In this document: positions 1 through 12,732 of the stretch, in pieces | How positions within the stretch are numbered: position 1 is the stretch's first letter | Layout of the letters: every line of letters starts with the position of its first letter | DNA from: Hydrolagus colliei | Taxonomy: Eukaryota | DNA: 64,000 bases | Direction: 5' to 3' | Assembly: GCA_035084275.1 (NCBI GenBank) | Contig: CM068756.1 | Location: 9,734,001-9,798,000 of the forward strand | Program-made: the position numbers and the translations under genes | Notes under the pieces: model-generated | Seen by the model: the letters and a program-made list of their open reading frames with translations, nothing else | Told to the model about the DNA's origin: nothing | Databases searched by the model: none

Positions 1-68
1 TCCTCGTGATGCAGCAACTAACTGATGTTCAGCAGGCACAAAGCTGTCATATTTTCCTTTTCTTTCAA

Positions 69-82
69 GTTGCTATGGTAAC
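69..82. promoter_or_regulatory. RFX X-box motif
   Basis: GTTGCTATGGTAAC matches the near-palindromic 14-bp RFX consensus GTYRCYATGGYAAC. Motif match only; function not shown. Confidence 0.45.
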
Positions 83-1177
83 TTCTGACTACTCCAGTTT
101 CTGGAGGTCAAGCAAAATATCTAACCGTTCAAAAAACAGCTCACCTAACTTAATCTTTGTTATTGAAGAAACATTCATACGATACATCTGTTGGGCACGG
201 TCCAAATCATAGACATTTGCAAAGGTTGTGGAACAATCAAGTCACTTCTCATTGGGTTTTCCATGAGCCATTGGAGGGGGTGGAGATGGGAGGGAGGTGA
301 CGGTATCCCAAATAAAAGTTATTTTGGTCATCTCAACCCTCCTAAAAACTTATAAATAAGTTATTTGTTGGCTTATTCGCTTGTTTATCCCAGCATTGCC
401 CTACCCAAGAAAAACACAAAGAACTCCACTTTGTCTGTCAGAAAAATATTAAGTTATATATAACCAACTTCTACTTGCGGTGAATCTCATCGCCAGCAGA
501 TATCAATTGTACTTTCAATGGCTGTGGCCCTCTATTCAGCAAGTGTGTCATTTTCCGTCATTCACAATGAAGATTGATTAATATCCTGGCCTCTCCCTCA
601 ACAGAAATAAATACGGGCCCCAGTTAAAGTGTCTCAATCTACAGTGTTTGCATTGCAGTTGACTGTCATTTGATCACTCTTTTATATTATTGCATGAAGG
701 TTTCTCAGTACTGTATTAGGTACACATGGGGGCTATTTTCCTTAAAAAAAAACTTAAGATCTTTTAAATACATGCTGCTACGCTTTTTGATTTGAGACTC
801 ATTGAATAGGTTTCTTGCAAGATCATTTGAACTACAGTATTTGCAAGCCCGGTGTGAAGTTAGTGTTCTGGTTGTAGCTTTTCCAAAGGTCTGTCGTGAC
901 AATTCCCTACAGACTATGACTAAACAACCTTTCCCTGCACCAAATATTAACAACCGCTTCGTTGCAGGAAGTGGTTGCAAGAGAAATTTCTGTTCTATCG
1001 TATTCTAATACCCTTAGGCTTTAAGGACACTGGTTGTCTACACACGCAAAGCGGCCAAGTAACTAACCTGATAATTTCTCAGATGAAGTGCTCATTCATG
1101 AATTAAATCATGCCCAGGGTAAGGAACAAAGACTACACTCCCTGGGTACAAATCATGAGCCAATTGTACAAAACGGT

Positions 1178-1195
1178 GGGGGGGGGGGGGGGGGG
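1178..1195 (+). repeat. poly-G tract (G18)
   Basis: Directly visible homopolymer. Confidence 0.95.
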
Positions 1196-1704
1196 AATCA
1201 CAAATTTGTTTTGCCACCCGGCATGGTCATTTATCAAAGCGACAGAAAGAATAAAAAGATTTTAAGAAGGTAGGCTAGAAAACAACTTGAGAGATTGTTA
1301 AGACACGATGACTGTCATATGAGTGTTTGCAGCTGTTCACCATGATGTTCCGACTTTGTAAATGAGAGCTATATTGGCTCATTTATACAGGAGAGTAAAA
1401 ACAGCAACTGACACCTGTACACAGGCAGGTGCAAGGGAGAGCCAACACCTCCACTGGGGATGGGCATCTGTGGGAGTGCTGACAGTCAGGCCTGCTGGTG
1501 TCAGCAAAGGGATCAAAGACATTCTTGGGGGTCAGTGAAGGATGACATATGGGTAGGACAGCTGTGTGAGATGAGAGGCTCACAGGCAGGTGATTTGCCC
1601 GTTCTGTCATTTTGTGGTTTGCAGTGAGCAAGTGCCTTGTCTTGTCCTCGCAATCTTGTTTCTCAGAGATAAGTATCTTCTTATTACTTGAAGAGGTCTG
1701 TTCG

Positions 1705-1732
1705 GTGTGTGTGTGTGAGAGAGAGAGAGTGT
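1705..1732 (+). repeat. compound (GT)n(GA)n microsatellite
   Basis: gtgtgtgtgtgtgagagagagagagtgt. Confidence 0.9.
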
Positions 1733-2388
1733 GCTTGGACTCTTGGCAAAGTATGTAAAATAATACGCTTGAATTTGGGTTATCGTTGTTGCTTCTTTAT
1801 GAGATCTAATATCACAGATTTGCTCAAGTCCAATTACTTACTGTAACAAGTTCAGCTGTAAATTTAAACTGCCGCTGGCCGTCTGAATTTACATTTTAAC
1901 TATTTACAGATTCTGTTGAAGAAACTGATATCTGAGGTGTCTCGCAACTAATGAGGAAATGTCCATAACATTGAAAGACTAGGTAAAACTATGCTGGAAA
2001 GAAACTGTATTTTAACAGATAAATGCATTTTCTACCCACTTAAAATCCACGTTTTTCTAACGAGTCTAGAAACTTCAATGCAGATTTTTTTTTGTAGTTT
2101 CAAAAAAATCGTAGTCTTAGTGGTTGAATAATTCAAGGTGGAGATATGAAATTGCAGATTATGCATCGTAACGAGTACCCTAACACTTGTAAAATATGAT
2201 AGGCAAAGATTAATATATGCATGGGAATGAGATGCAAATATCAGGTACATGATTAAATAGAATAAATTGTTAAAAAGTGAGATGGGGACAAAATGAAACT
2301 CTTTGGAGATTGAGCACTTGCTTCTAATGTAGCGGGAAATCTGCCCACAAAATCTCATAAAGATGCAACAACGGCAACCCGTGAAAAT

Positions 2389-2492
2389 ATCTGCCCACAA
2401 ATACACAGTCATTACACCTTACAGTACATCCTGTGAAGCGCTCTGAGATGTCCTCACAACTTGAAAGGTTCTATATCAAACAACTATTATTA
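2389..2492 (+). mobile_element. SINE 3' tail fragment
   Basis: gcccacaaaatacacagtc...ctgtgaagcgctctgagatgtcc...tatatcaaa matches the tail of full copies such as 32703-33013. Confidence 0.8.
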
Positions 2493-2675
2493 AAATAAAA
2501 ACCTTCATTCACATTAAACCCTTTTAAATATAACCAGCAAAGTTTCTAATTTCCCCATAGTTTCAGACAAAGTTACAGCATTTTATACGAGTGAGTTTAA
2601 TTTGATGCAAATAATAACTTCCAATATATTTTGGCAACCCAGGTCAATTGCAATGATTTGCAGAGGTGCCCTATT

Positions 2676-2825
2676 TATAATCCTTGCATTTAACATAGTA
2701 TATCATCAAAATCTCCCAAGGCTCTTCACAGGGTAGACTGTAGAGCATGTATTTTGCAGGTGAAAGCAGCAGCCAGTTTGATTATAACAAAGTCCCACAA
2801 GCAGCCATGAAGTGAATGACCGATC
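2676..2825 (-). mobile_element. SINE 3' fragment
   Basis: ataatccttgcattt...cttcacagg...gcagcagccagtttg...cccacaagcagccatga is the reverse complement of the SINE body and tail. Confidence 0.75.
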
Positions 2826-4611
2826 TTTATATGGAGGTTTGTTCCAGTTGGTATAATCCCAAATTACAGTTCAGCAACACTTGGATTTACAACACTTGCG
2901 CTTTGGAAAGGTGAAAAAGGCTCCAGTTTAGAGGGAGGGGTAAAGGTAGCCAGAAACTTAGTCAACGAGACAGATGACGTTTAAGTTGAGATCAATACCA
3001 TACCAATTTCTGAATTTCAATTCAACCAAATAATAACGTTATCTTCAGGAAAAATGACAACTGCAAAAACACAACAAGCAACGGACTTTTGAATACAATA
3101 AGTGACATGATATATTTCGGAAACGTGTTGAAAACAGGGTGGCAACGCCATGAATGTGGCAATTCTACCATGAATAGATTGCAAAAGACTCTCTCCCACA
3201 ACCCACAGGTCAGCATTCGTGGTCGAATAGTCCATTGATACTTGCACATTTGACCACTTCATAAAGAACAAGCACCTGCGAGATTGCACCCTGGCGATGG
3301 TACAGGAGAAGGGTGGAAGAAAATTGATTAAGTAAAATTGGTGGAACTTGTATGTCAAGTGGTCAAAATTGCATTCTAAAACATTCATAACGAAAACTTA
3401 AACATTACTTTGAGCAATCTGAATACAAGATTTCTAATGTTGAAATTAAACCTTGGGACGTCCTCCTCATATGACAGGCATTATACAACTATAATTTATT
3501 GTCATTGCTAAAATGATTTTTTACAGAAGTGTTTCTTAATGTTTAAAAGAAAAGGTAAAGAATGCAAACTTTATCTGTGGAAAAAAATGCATTTATCGAA
3601 CAGACTTTCCCTATTTTTTTTAAAAGCTAAATCTATTGAATTAGGTCTTTTCGGAACTCTACATGTGTTAGGAGACAATAATGTAACAACATATACTGAA
3701 TCACACAACACCATTATGTCCTGTCCCTTAAATTACTATAGCGGCAATCAAATGACACACAGTATATTCTTTAGACCAATGCATTAACAATAGAAAATAA
3801 ACTCTCTCATACATTCTTGCATTTTCCAAAGGAAATCTGATTCAAACATCTAAACAAAGCCAGGTAAAATAACCAGGAGAAAAATCAAAGGGTGATGCGA
3901 TTGTTGAATCAAGGAGATTAAATGTTTCACTTATTGCAGGTTTTAGACGCTCAATCACTGACATGAAAGACGTATTTGTATTCAAATACCTTCCAGGCAG
4001 AGAGAGCCTTGTTCAGGTATAGTAGATTTAGGTTACAGCTTTTATGGGGCAGCTGAGAGATGGGAATCTACCTTTCAGTCTATATGCTCCCAGCAGCGCA
4101 TGATTTCACCAATCCGCTCTGTCACCAATGGAGTCAAGTTCAGTCATTCCTTCACATCTTTATTATGAAAGCGCATCCCAAAATGAGTAAAATACTGATA
4201 ATATATTTCACAGGGAACCCTTTGTTTAATTTTATGTTCACATGGGCTGTCTTCTTTTTTTATCAAAAGAAAAACTACACAAGTTTTCAAAATAGTCTGA
4301 CAAAAAATATGTTCACAGCTAGGAATAAACAAACTTTAACACTGAAGTACATTAAAGTGATAAGTGTCATTTTAATAATCTTGGCAAACAATGCCAAAAT
4401 GTTTTTTTTTAAATCATACATTGGTATTTTGCTAAGACAGGTGTTAATTAAGCACATATTAAAATTCGAAGCACTAAAAAGTAACACTATCAGCCCTAAA
4501 TGAAAGTATCCTCATAATACCCTTTAAGGATGTACATCAGAGCTGTTAAAGAAGCTGCATTCCTTGGTCTAAAATTCAATTACTACTTGATCCACCATTT
4601 CACAGAAGACC

Positions 4612-4710
4612 ATAGGGATGTTTCTGTCAACACAGATACTGTAACACACCACAGGGTATAACTGTCAAGCGGAGTCACAAGCACAGAGCAGGATATCACT
4701 GTCAACACTA
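4612..4710 (+). repeat. degenerate ~38-bp minisatellite (3 units)
   Basis: An agg...ctgtcaa core recurs, with ctgtca at 4624, 4662 and 4699. Confidence 0.55.
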
Positions 4711-5394
4711 AGGACAAATAGGGCACATAGGAGTTTTTGTGTGGTTTGATGGCAGTGGCAGAAATGCCAGAGAAATTCTGGACCCTGTTCTAGTTGACAT
4801 GAGTCCTATTTATACAGCAGAATTCTGACCTACCTGATCCAAATTACTTGAATCCAGCTCAACTCTTCCGTCCATTTACACAGGCATGCACCAACGCTGA
4901 CATGAGGAAAATTAGATTCACAATAGCCATGAAGACATGTATAAAGGGCATGATGTCTGATATAGCTATAACATGCATATCCTGTCATCACTTTATGTAG
5001 AATGTGGGGTGAGGTGAACATTTTATTCTGGGTTCTCCTGTTTCAAATGGTTAAATCTGAACTTGTTTAACATTGTTAAAACGATAAAAATCTGAGCCAT
5101 GTTACATTTTTTGTACATTCATAAAATATCTGTTCACAAAGCTTCTCAGTTATAACTTGACAAATTGAAGACCTGCTCTGTGTATTACAGGACAAAATGA
5201 CACCACTCTTCAACTACAGTTAATGAAACCAGCAGATCTTCAATGCACTCTTAATTAATAGCTCTGTTAAGAATCAGGAATTGTGCCCATCTTTCTCAGT
5301 TATATTTGAATTTCCCCGTCCTCCTACACAATTGTTTCCTGCTCACACCCTCCTCTCACGAAGACATCAGCTCACATTAATGTTTCCGTAAGCA

Positions 5395-5575
5395 GTCTTT
5401 CTTCATGCAAAAATGTCGATAAGAATAAACAGGGTATCTCACAGCCAAGCTTGACAACATCCCTACCAAGCAAGCACACATGCATGCACACCTCCAACAA
5501 GGATCACCGGGGATTGACCAGGACAGGGGAATCTTGAGAAAACCTTCCACTCTCGAGACAAGGGCAGGGAGGTCT
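5395..5575 (-). mobile_element. ancient SINE-like family 3 fragment (unassigned)
   Basis: Shares collinear degenerate blocks with 60660-60870 and 36785-36935. Confidence 0.5.
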
Positions 5576-5654
5576 CAAAACGAAGATGTCCCAGTGCGTA
5601 CTTTGTAATGAGATAGGGAACACAACCTCAGAACATCAGCTTCAGGTATACCAA

Positions 5655-5800
5655 TGCAATAGGGCAAGCGGGCAAGGGTTTAGGATTGTGAAGGGCAAGT
5701 TAAGGACATGCGAGAAGCTTTTCTTTACAACGAGGGTAGTCAGCAGTTGGATGAGTTACCAAATAGGGTGATGAAGACCAGGACCCTGGACAATTGGTGA
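5655..5800 (+). mobile_element. CR1 LINE ORF2 C-terminal fragment
   Basis: Translation GQGFRIVKGKLRTCEKLFFTTRVVSSW resembles the CR1 end motif RGHxxKL...FFTxRVVxxWNxLP. Confidence 0.75.
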
Positions 5801-7369
5801 AAGCATTATGGCAAATCTGAATGACCAGGATACAGCTTCTGGTTAATATAAATCCACACTAGAATGGTAAGACTCAGATCTGAGATGCCCACGATGCTGT
5901 TGAAAAAGGGCCTGTACAACAACAAGAATACATTATTCGTGAATCAGTGTTGGTAAAGGGTTGTTGGTTGCAAGTTACCAGCAGTAATCTCTTGAGATCT
6001 CCATTCCGAACCATTGTGGCAACAGTGTGAATTCCCACAAATTGCCAGTGAGCGAATCCCATTACAAACGGGCCCCAAGTTAAATGGGAATGTTAAGCTA
6101 CCTTTCATTCACAATTCAGTCTTCTCTTTGAAAATTCAACATATTTGCGAGATTGTTTTCAATAACACTGGAAATAGAAATAAAAAGTGGTTGATAAGAC
6201 TAAATTTCCCTTACATTTTGCAAAGAAGTTTGTAACTGCACTCTGTGTACATCGCATATGTCTGCCCCATGAACAAGGTAGATAAATTCATGTTTAATAT
6301 GACCGTGAGAATATGAGAAATAAAACAACCTAGTAACTTTGACAGGATGAAAAAAACAGTTAAGCCTTTTCTCTTGCCAATAAGAGCACATAATTTGGTG
6401 AGTAAGTCCTTTTAAAGTCTGCACCCATTTTAAGTCTGTCTCACAGATACCTGAACTTCCACCATCTGAACCTTGAACCCTTCCACAGAAACTGGTGATA
6501 ACATCAGGTCTGACCTTGTCTTCCAATAACTCACATCAAACAAGAAGGATATTTGAACTGCTAACTCAAATGGAGATCTTTATTAAAACGGTGTGGTGAA
6601 ATTCTACCTCACACCAACAATTTGACTGACTCTAGAAAAACTGCCAGAAGAAAACATTTAAGCAATTTTATAGTTTTCACACACGACAAAACAGCCCTGG
6701 GCTGAAGAAAGCTTAGACTGAATGACTTTCCATCAACAGTTAACAATGATTGGCAATATTTCCAAGCCAGATCAAAATTACCCTATGCTTGCTTTAAGGT
6801 TATAATGTATTTTATGATCAAAGTGCATACTGGAATCAAATCAACTTAATAATACATTAAAATAATTCATGCAGTGGTAGTTACATGGCAAGACCTGAAT
6901 TGGTGCATATTTTGCTTGTACTGTTACTGAACACTACTAACAACTCTGATCTTACAGACTTCAACACTTGAGGAGGTTTGAAGCCTAAATTAAAGTAGAA
7001 CTCTAACGTTATTTGCCACTCCTAAAATAGCATTCAGTAGTGCAAGCAAACTTGTACTGATGATTAGGTAATGGCCAAATATATTGGAATTGGCAGAAGC
7101 AACATGGCTACATGCATATATCTTCATATCATAAATATTGAATTGACTAACTTCTTGTGAACTACTGTGCAATAAAGCTGGTTAGTACACTCTGGTTGAT
7201 GTCACAAGGCAGTAATGCTCTTTTGGAAGCATCATCATGCATCAAGGACAAGGAATGTACTGACAGCCAACATTAAACATAGACCAACTTTATTTTTAAA
7301 AAGGTGAAATGTATATTTTATTCAAAAAAAAATAGGAAGGTTGAAGGTGCCAACTAATCTCACATTGTT

Positions 7370-7580
7370 CCAAGTCACCCAAACTTTCCCCCTCCCTAAC
7401 TTCCTTCAAGTTCCGCATCAAGGCCCTCCTCTTCAACTGTGCCATCAGTCACCCACCTCCCCTCCCTTCACCCTCCTCAAGCCGGAACCCAGTTCAAGTC
7501 GGAAACACTGACTATCCAGCGCCTTGGGATGTCATCTGAACATGAAAAGCACTGTACAAATGTAATTTTGTTGTTGTTAT
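7370..7580 (+). mobile_element. L2 LINE 3' end
   Basis: ttccttcaag...ctcctcttc (SFK..K..LF), pyrimidine-rich UTR, cagcgccttgggatgtc...tgaaaagcactgtacaaatgtaa and a (TTG)n tail. Confidence 0.8.
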
Positions 7581-8827
7581 GTCATCTTAACCCTATGCTT
7601 AGCCTTTTTACTGATTCTGTGTAATATTTAATGCAATAAACACTTGCAGTGTGATATATTTAAATTGATCTGAAACATTTGATGCTCCTTATTTCTTATA
7701 CGAGGTGCACCCTTTGACAGGATTAAAGTTTAATCGCTGATCCACACAAACAAAATTCACTAATTTTGAAAATCAGAGAATCCTTACTATCTTTTATTTC
7801 AAGAAGCAAAGTCTCCTATTAAATACAGATGGAACTGTACTTAATTGTACTCGTCAGCCCTTGAACCACCAGTTAAAGCTCATCCACTAAAGGAAAAAAA
7901 CTGAAGTCGTTCCAATCAGTTTTCAATTTCAACGAAATTCACAAATTATTTTAGAACAGCGTATGACTGGAAAAGACAGCAGGAAAGTCCAGCCCAAATC
8001 CGAGCACAATATGTAGATTTGTTCACAGGAGATTTTTGTATCTCCGATATTTAGATTTACAAGTGAACCTGTTTTGAGTTGAGGTTTTAAAAGAAGATAC
8101 ATTTCTCAAATTTCCTCGATGAAATCAGTGCTTGAATATATATATCTGTGCTCCAGCTTTGAGACTTTACATGTCAATTTCAAAAGGTGTATTTTTTTCC
8201 CTCTCTCTTCGGTTTAGTTTAAGTGTATGAGTAGATGTGCTTATTAATTGGAAACGCAAATCTTCTGAGTTTTCACTTGTGGGATGTCAGCCTGTCTTCT
8301 GATTTAAGCATTGATCTTATTCACCTTGAGGAGTTTCACAGACTGATTTTAACAGACTTATATTCTAGTTTTTAATACTGATAAGAAGGCTTTACTGTCT
8401 GTCATAATGATGATTTGGTGTTGTTGCTGCTCAATGCTCAATGTGCACACAATTTAAGAGGGACAAATAAACAATTAGAGGCTCCATTACAACATATATT
8501 TTTTAAAATTATATAATGAATGCGATCAAAGGACGTATTGAAAAACCAAAAGCCACTATGGTATTAAGTACAGTATAATATTTAGGTTAGATACAATGGT
8601 TCACTGGTGTAGAACTTCAAACCATTTAACCTGCAGCCAGGTAAGAGCATGTAAGGAACTGTACAATTCATAGGTTTTCTTCAATCAATTTATGATGCTT
8701 CTTGACTTTCAGTTGTTGTGAATCTGTAGCCGAACTGTAAAAGGATTACAATATACCCAAACAGCTAAAACCACCAAACATCCTGAATTAAAAAGATATA
8801 GGTTAACTACATTTTACCTACCAACAA

Positions 8828-8984
8828 GACTTCTATTTGATACAGCACCTTTCACATTGGGAGAATGCCTGAAAGAATTTCACGGGATTTAGTGAAACGT
8901 ACAGTGACTGTGTGTTTTGCAGGCGGACATGGCATCCAATATATGTACAACAGTGTTGCACAAACAGCCATGAAGTGCACAACC
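8828..8984 (-). mobile_element. SINE 3' fragment
   Basis: atttgatacagcacctttcac...ttcacgggat...cacaaacagccatgaagtg is the reverse SINE tail and body. Confidence 0.7.
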
Positions 8985-9100
8985 AACTTGACTGGGAGAA
9001 GAAGTTAATTACTAGCTTTGTGAAGAAATACATCCTGGTTTCGGAACGACAAGTGCCCTTCACAACCTTGTTGAGCCTGTGCTCTCTTGGCCTACCCTGG
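8985..9100 (-). mobile_element. CR1 LINE 3' fragment
   Basis: Minus-strand translation KGTCRSETRMYFFTKLVIN resembles the CR1 ORF2 C-terminus. Confidence 0.55.
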
Positions 9101-12100
9101 GTTACCTGTATGGTTTATCCAATTTAGCCTCTCGTATGCTTTAATAGTTCTGAGGGTGAAGAGCTACAGCTGATCTAATCATTCATCATAACTCATCCAT
9201 CTAACATTGGAGATCTGCCTCCCTCCCACATTTATTTATCAGCAGTAAGATCCGGCAGCAACTTTTTGGACAAAGAAAAGCCTTCAGTTAATAACACAAC
9301 CAAATATTTAAAACTTTAAATGTGGAACGTTCCACTCAATTCTGTGCTTTTAATGTTTAATCTCAGATCAAGTTTGAACACTGCACTTTGCCTTTCACGC
9401 ATGATTACAGCAATGTCAGTAGGTGAAGAGCTCAGTTTCAAATGACTTTCTACTAGAATTCATATCAAACCCAACACCAATACAGAAGGTGCAGCCACAT
9501 GGAGATGGTCAGTAAAGAATGCAGCTAAGCTCTGAAAACAAATGTTGTGAAATTGTTTTCACTAAGTCTGATCTTAACAGGAATCTAACACAAAACTGAA
9601 CAACATGCATGCGGTGTGTGTATATAGTGTATAATTGGCAAACACTGGCAACATATACTAGAAGGTGTTTAAATGACTATCACAGTTTTTCCATCACTGT
9701 TTATTCAAATGTAAGGAAGGTTCAGAATGAATGAAAGATATACATTTGCGATAATGATTACATTCCAGTCACATCCTTGTGTTAAAAAAATACTCGCAGC
9801 AATACTTTCTGATTGCTTCCACCCACCACTGGTGAGACTAGACCACAATGCATCCCACGAAAGTAAATCATTTTGTAATGCAGAAACCTGAATAAATGCT
9901 TCTGTTTGGGGACACAAAATCAGGGGGCATCACAGTCCACAGACTGTGTTTACCTTAACAACAGGAGCCAGTGCACTGCTTTGTGTATTCGTATGCCTGC
10001 ACATCAAAAGGTGGTGCTTCAAACAGTCTGCGTTTATTTTGACACGGATTTGCAGAGGTGAATGAGAATCAAGCATCCGAAACAGACACTAAAGAAGCAC
10101 TCTCTCCTCGATAAATTCAATAATGCCTTTGGGAGCAGGGATTACCTAAAGTGAGGATGCAGACAGATAGTTTTTATTGCAGTTCGCGGAGTCTCCAGTG
10201 ACCACATCTGATTGGGTAAAGCTAAATACAAATCAGAACTAACCTTTGAAGTTGTGTCTGGGGATGAAGTACAGGACAACATTAACTCTTTAAGAAATGA
10301 ATAGTCTTTGTATCCTATAATCATATTTTACACCACTAAACATCACGCCGCACAGTGTTTGACCACAATGAAAAGATTGTTCCAATGGAACGAGTACACA
10401 TGGTCACAGGTTTGGGGAATGGAACCCAAAAAACAATTCATATCACCAATCTTAAATTTCAAAATTATTTTAGTTCAACTAGGGATTGAAAAGATTCATT
10501 TCCTATTTCTGCTGGGCACGGCAGCAGTCAATAATAAAATGGCAATATTAAAATTAGTAAGGCTATGGTAAAACCTTACAAGGCTAAAGATTGCAATGAA
10601 TCCTCATATCTCGGTTTACTGCCAAATACACTGCTATAGAAAAATGCCAGGAAACAAAAATCTCATTATCCACTGCACCAGACAGTATATTTTTATAGGA
10701 GGCATCAATGTCCTTTACAAAGAATTTATGATTCATTTCATAGAATTTTATCTGATATTATCAGATATTAATCTTTCAGGATATAGTTAAGATTCTGATT
10801 TGGATATTTTTCTGAGATTGTTTTATGGAGGGATTTGAACTAATGCTCCCTCGACAGTCCATAAGATTACTCGGTGATTATAGGCAACTCAATATTGTAT
10901 GACAGCATTTCCATGCGAGGGACTTACAATCATGTTTCATTAATTCAGCTTGAATGAAGCCTCATTTCGAGCCTCAAAGAGCTTAAGATTTATGTGAAAT
11001 TAATAACATAACAGATGTCTTCACAATTTGGTTCCTCTGAAAAAACTGATTACCTGAAAAACTTCAATACATTCAAATGCAGACTGAGGGAAGCTTTACT
11101 CTGGGGTAAAATGTTATTCATTTAAATCATTCATATCGGAGGACTAAGTGGAATTTAAATGTCAGATTTATTTTAAACAGTGGTATTCTACATTGTTACA
11201 TGTAATAAACAGGAGCCTGTTACTTTCATATTAATAAGCCACATTTGATTATTGAACTATGATTTATGGAGTTAAAAATCTGTAACTTTGATGGGCCTTA
11301 GGAATAACAAAGGCACAAGGGACTCGGGAAAATATTCAGGAAGCCCTGTTCTTTTTGCTTTGTTTCTGATAATGTAATCATCATTTCCTCACAGGAGAAC
11401 AAAATGCATCTGTGCTCACAAGAAATTCACCACCATATGAAAGATGTGATGTCTCCTGTGCGCACACACACACACGCCTGAGGACAACCAATGCTTTTTT
11501 AATTATTAAATATTATTATTATTATTACTACACACACCACAGAATAGTTTTGAGTGCTGACTTGCTACAAAAATTTGATTCCTTTATCTAGTCTTCAGGA
11601 ACACTAGCTACCTTACAAGCTGCATTTTAACGCATGCCTGAGCAGGATTTTATCTATGGGAAAAAGTTGTCTGAGGGATTACTTTGGTGAACGAAAAAGT
11701 AATTGAAAGTAAAATTATCTCTTGGCTTGCTATTCGATCCAATATGTTGAAGGGAAGTCAGAACAAAACAGCTCTGATGCAAACACTTGACTACAGCAGA
11801 TAAGACAGCAACTGTGATGCTTATGAATGCAAATTAATCACATTAATGCCAGGAAATTGATAAAATGTGCAGCATTACAAGTGCTTCAGTCTTGAAATAT
11901 TCACAACAATTAGCTTTTTGATTGCTCCGGACATGGTTCACTCAACAGCTTAAAAACGTTTAATCCCATCTTTTCTGATGTTGGTCCATTTACTTTCACA
12001 AGTACTAATTTACTGAAAATGTAGAGGAACTGTCCAAACTATGGAGTTCAAAGATAAAGAGGAGCACAATTCCACTAATGGCCACATTAAATTCAGAATG

Positions 12101-12419
12101 TCAGCAGCATCAACTTTACATTGTCGAAACATACACATTGTGTAACATTAGACTGACATTCCCAGGAACTTTCGTTTATTTGACCTGGTTTTTCCAGAAT
12201 GAGGGTTTTCTGTGCCTTGCAGATCCAACACAGCCTTGCGTCAGAAGAGATCTGACTACATGGCAGACAAACAAAAGAATAGCAGAAAAATCTCAAATCA
12301 AAACTGAACTGGTCTGGAGTCAGATTTGTGGCCAGGGCAAGAAATGAATAGATGGTTACTAAACTTTTCACTCCGTCCTAAAAGTTCACAGGAGATTATC
12401 AATAAAAAAAAGCAGTTAC

Positions 12420-12732
12420 TGGGGTGTGTGCTGTGTTGCTGTCCTTTGAATGAGATGTGAAATCGAAAACGCAATGTCGTACTGAGGTGGATGATTAAGG
12501 TCCCATGGTACTATTCGAAAAGTGAAGGGAGTTTCTTCTGGTGCATGGCCAGCAATCCTCCTGACAAAATTGATTTCATTCACTGGTTTGTGAAACAGTG
12601 ATTTTGTGCAATTTTTCTGCAGTTTTCGCCTCCAAAATGCCATGTCACTACTTTACAGTCTCTCCTGTGAAGCGCTTTAAGATATATATGCTCCCGATTT
12701 GAAAAACGCTACATCAAATACAAGGATTATAA
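12420..12732 (+). mobile_element. DeuSINE (SacSINE1/AmnSINE1-like), degenerate
   Basis: gtcctttgaatgagatgtgaaatcga...aggtggatgattaaggtcccatggtactattcgaaaag...ggtgcatggcca matches the Deu domain as recalled, followed by the tail. Confidence 0.75.

Noticed and set aside
145-245. Minus-strand exon ending at a gtgag donor (DCSTTFANVYDLDRAQQMYRM...)
   Set aside because: In-frame stop immediately upstream and no pyrimidine-rich acceptor.
4060-4503. Longest ORF (147 aa)
   Set aside because: Very AT-rich with F/I/K/L-biased composition, no recognisable domain and overlapping antisense ORFs; consistent with chance.
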